From the sequence record SRR31156797_4761: a stretch of DNA of 38,304 bases; one strand, given 5' to 3'. Under the pieces are notes generated by a model, which ran no database searches, was not told where the DNA came from, and saw nothing but the letters and a program-made list of their open reading frames with translations. This document shows positions 36,684 to 38,304 of this stretch, piece after piece. Numbering within the stretch: position 1 is the first letter of the stretch; each line of letters starts with the position of its first letter. The translations under genes and the position numbers were made by a program.

Positions 36684-37826
36684 ATGATGTCAGGGATTAA
36701 TTGGACCGATTTTAGACGTACACTTCACCAGTATCCGGAGCTTTCTAATCAGGAGCAGCAAACGGCTAAACGGGTTTTGGCGCAGTTCGAAAACTTTGTG
36801 CCTGATGAGTGTGTGTCTGGATTAGGCGGGCAGGGTGTTGCTTTTGTATTTAACGGCACTGAAGCCGGGCCGACGACGTTAGTGCGTTGTGAACTGGATG
36901 CACTACCGATTCAGGAGTCGAATGAGTTCGCTCATCGTTCGGTGCATCAAGGCGTCTCACATAAATGTGGCCATGATGGACACATGGCCATCGTCACAGC
37001 GTTAGGTGAAATGCTGTCTGAATTTACGCCCAAACTGGGGCGAGTAATTTTGGCGTTTCAGCCTGCGGAAGAGACTGGGGAAGGCGCGATTAATATGGTG
37101 AATGATGCGGCTTTTCTGTCTTATAAACCTGATTTTGCGTTTGCGCTTCACAATTACCCAAGCTTAGAACTTGGGCATGTTGCGGTAAAAGCCGGGCCCT
37201 TTAATTGTGCCTCGCGCGGGATGATCATTCGTCTAAAAGGTAAAACCTCTCATGCCGCTCACCCAGAGAATGGGGTAAGCCCAGCGATGGCGATGTGCCG
37301 TATTATTGAAGCGTTAAACGAGCTGCCACAAACTCTCACCCAAACCAGTTGGGTTACCGTGATTCATGCATCTCTCGGCGAAATTGCTTTTGGTACGTCG
37401 CCGGGTGATGCTGTGGTGATGGCGACATTGCGTAGTGAAACCAATGAAGGGATGGAGAAGTTAGTTCATTCTGCAACAGAACTCGCACAATATACTGCAG
37501 AGCAGTTTGGCTTGCAGTGGACGGTCGAGTGGCAGGATGTATTTCAAGCGAGTGTGAATTCCAAACTTGGGGCTGAGTTAGTGTTTAAAGCATGTCAGGC
37601 GACGAATACGCCTTGTCATAGTTTGGATGAGCCAATGCGTTGGTCGGAAGACTTTGGTCAGTTTACTGCGGTCGCCAAAGAAGGGGCGATGTTTGTCTTG
37701 GGATCAGGCAGAACCAGCCCTCAACTGCATAACCCAGATTATGACTTTCCGGACGAGTTGATTCCTATTGGTAAAGCAGTGTTTGCTAACTTAATAGAGC
37801 AAGTGAATGGATTAGAGAGAAAATAA
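36684..37826 (+). CDS. M20D family amidohydrolase
   Basis: RRTLHQYPELS, ELDALP, HKCGHDGH, FQPAEE, SHAAHP, SEDF, LHNPDYDF. Confidence 0.92.
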   Translation: MMSGINWTDFRRTLHQYPELSNQEQQTAKRVLAQFENFVPDECVSGLGGQGVAFVFNGTEAGPTTLVRCELDALPIQESNEFAHRSVHQGVSHKCGHDGHMAIVTALGEMLSEFTPKLGRVILAFQPAEETGEGAINMVNDAAFLSYKPDFAFALHNYPSLELGHVAVKAGPFNCASRGMIIRLKGKTSHAAHPENGVSPAMAMCRIIEALNELPQTLTQTSWVTVIHASLGEIAFGTSPGDAVVMATLRSETNEGMEKLVHSATELAQYTAEQFGLQWTVEWQDVFQASVNSKLGAELVFKACQATNTPCHSLDEPMRWSEDFGQFTAVAKEGAMFVLGSGRTSPQLHNPDYDFPDELIPIGKAVFANLIEQVNGLERK

Positions 37827-37857
37827 GATAACGGTACCTGATTATGGTGCCGTTATC
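37827..37857. terminator. Hairpin between convergent genes (weak U-tracts)
   Basis: GATAACGGTACC-tgattat-GGTGCCGTTATC. Confidence 0.5.
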
Positions 37858-37870
37858 GGTTAGGCTCGCT

Positions 37871-38242
37871 TTAATTGAGTGGTGCGAGATCCAGCTGTGC
37901 TTTTTGCATTTCTGATAGGCCGCCACCGTTATGCACATTAATAAAGCCTTGTTTTATTAATGATTGCATTGCCATCCCTGAGCGGTTTCCACTGCGGCAA
38001 TAAACGACAATAGACCGATCTTTGGCAATGTCTTTAAATCCAGCGTCTACTTTGTCTAAAGGAATGTTGATTGCGTTATCTAAGTGTCCTTGGGCGAACT
38101 CATTTGGTGTTCTGACATCAATCAGCAAAGCGCCACTTTCAATTAACTGCCACGCCGTATCTGCGCGTTCGGAGGCGACTGCTGAGCTTGCAGGTAAAGC
38201 CATAGCACCACCTAGAATTAAAGCGAGTAGCTTCTTAAACAT
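37871..38242 (-). CDS. Exported single-domain rhodanese (PspE-like)
   Basis: Signal peptide; IDVRTPNEF..GH..A.NIP; active-site YCRSGNRS. Confidence 0.9.
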   Translation of the reverse strand: MFKKLLALILGGAMALPASSAVASERADTAWQLIESGALLIDVRTPNEFAQGHLDNAINIPLDKVDAGFKDIAKDRSIVVYCRSGNRSGMAMQSLIKQGFINVHNGGGLSEMQKAQLDLAPLN

Positions 38243-38272
38243 ATCCTTTTCTCCATATTGTTATTATTGCTA

Positions 38273-38304
38273 TCTACCCAAGTGACCTCAAGATGCAGGA
38301 TTCA
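38273..38304. repeat. Left end of a second ERIC-like element (truncated by window edge)
   Basis: TCTACCCAAGTGACCTCAAGATGCAGGATTCA, similar to the reverse complement of 41-71. Confidence 0.6.

Noticed and set aside
758-38285. Numerous 60-170 aa ORFs antisense or out of frame within larger genes (e.g. 771-1160, 4242-4592, 17668-18186, 30344-30727, 31757-32128)
   Set aside because: Shadow ORFs of well-supported CDSs, with no family motifs.
1-38304. CRISPR array, integron cassettes, IS or prophage
   Set aside because: No regularly spaced repeats, attC/VCR-like sites, transposase, integrase or phage structural genes seen.

Overview
Gene-dense (~33 CDS) Vibrionaceae chromosomal segment; luxT, an nrtR/pncB pair, a DUF3316 gene and a long-form GAPDH suggest Vibrio, probably the small chromosome (inference). 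I see no prophage, transposase, CRISPR array, rRNA or tRNA. The window mixes metabolic and transport genes with many signalling genes: three chemoreceptors (a novel N-terminal-sensor MCP, Aer-like, CZB), a GGDEF-EAL protein, a PAS-PAS-GGDEF protein and two tandem GAF/HD-GYP paralogs. The best candidate for an undescribed system is the MCP at 3591-5714. It has an unrecognised ~330-aa sensor with no N-terminal TM, and sits behind a near-consensus sigma54 promoter and two NtrC-like boxes, suggesting a nitrogen-starvation-induced chemoreceptor. Other leads: a signal-peptide protein of eight exact 20-aa LRR-like repeats, a LysR gene whose last codons form a perfect operator-like palindrome, phased Lrp-type boxes, a structured gap 3' UTR, a repeated NrtR-box candidate, a D-to-N change in the PncB SDGL motif, and ERIC-like element ends at both window edges. 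All calls come from reading motifs by eye; no database searches were run.
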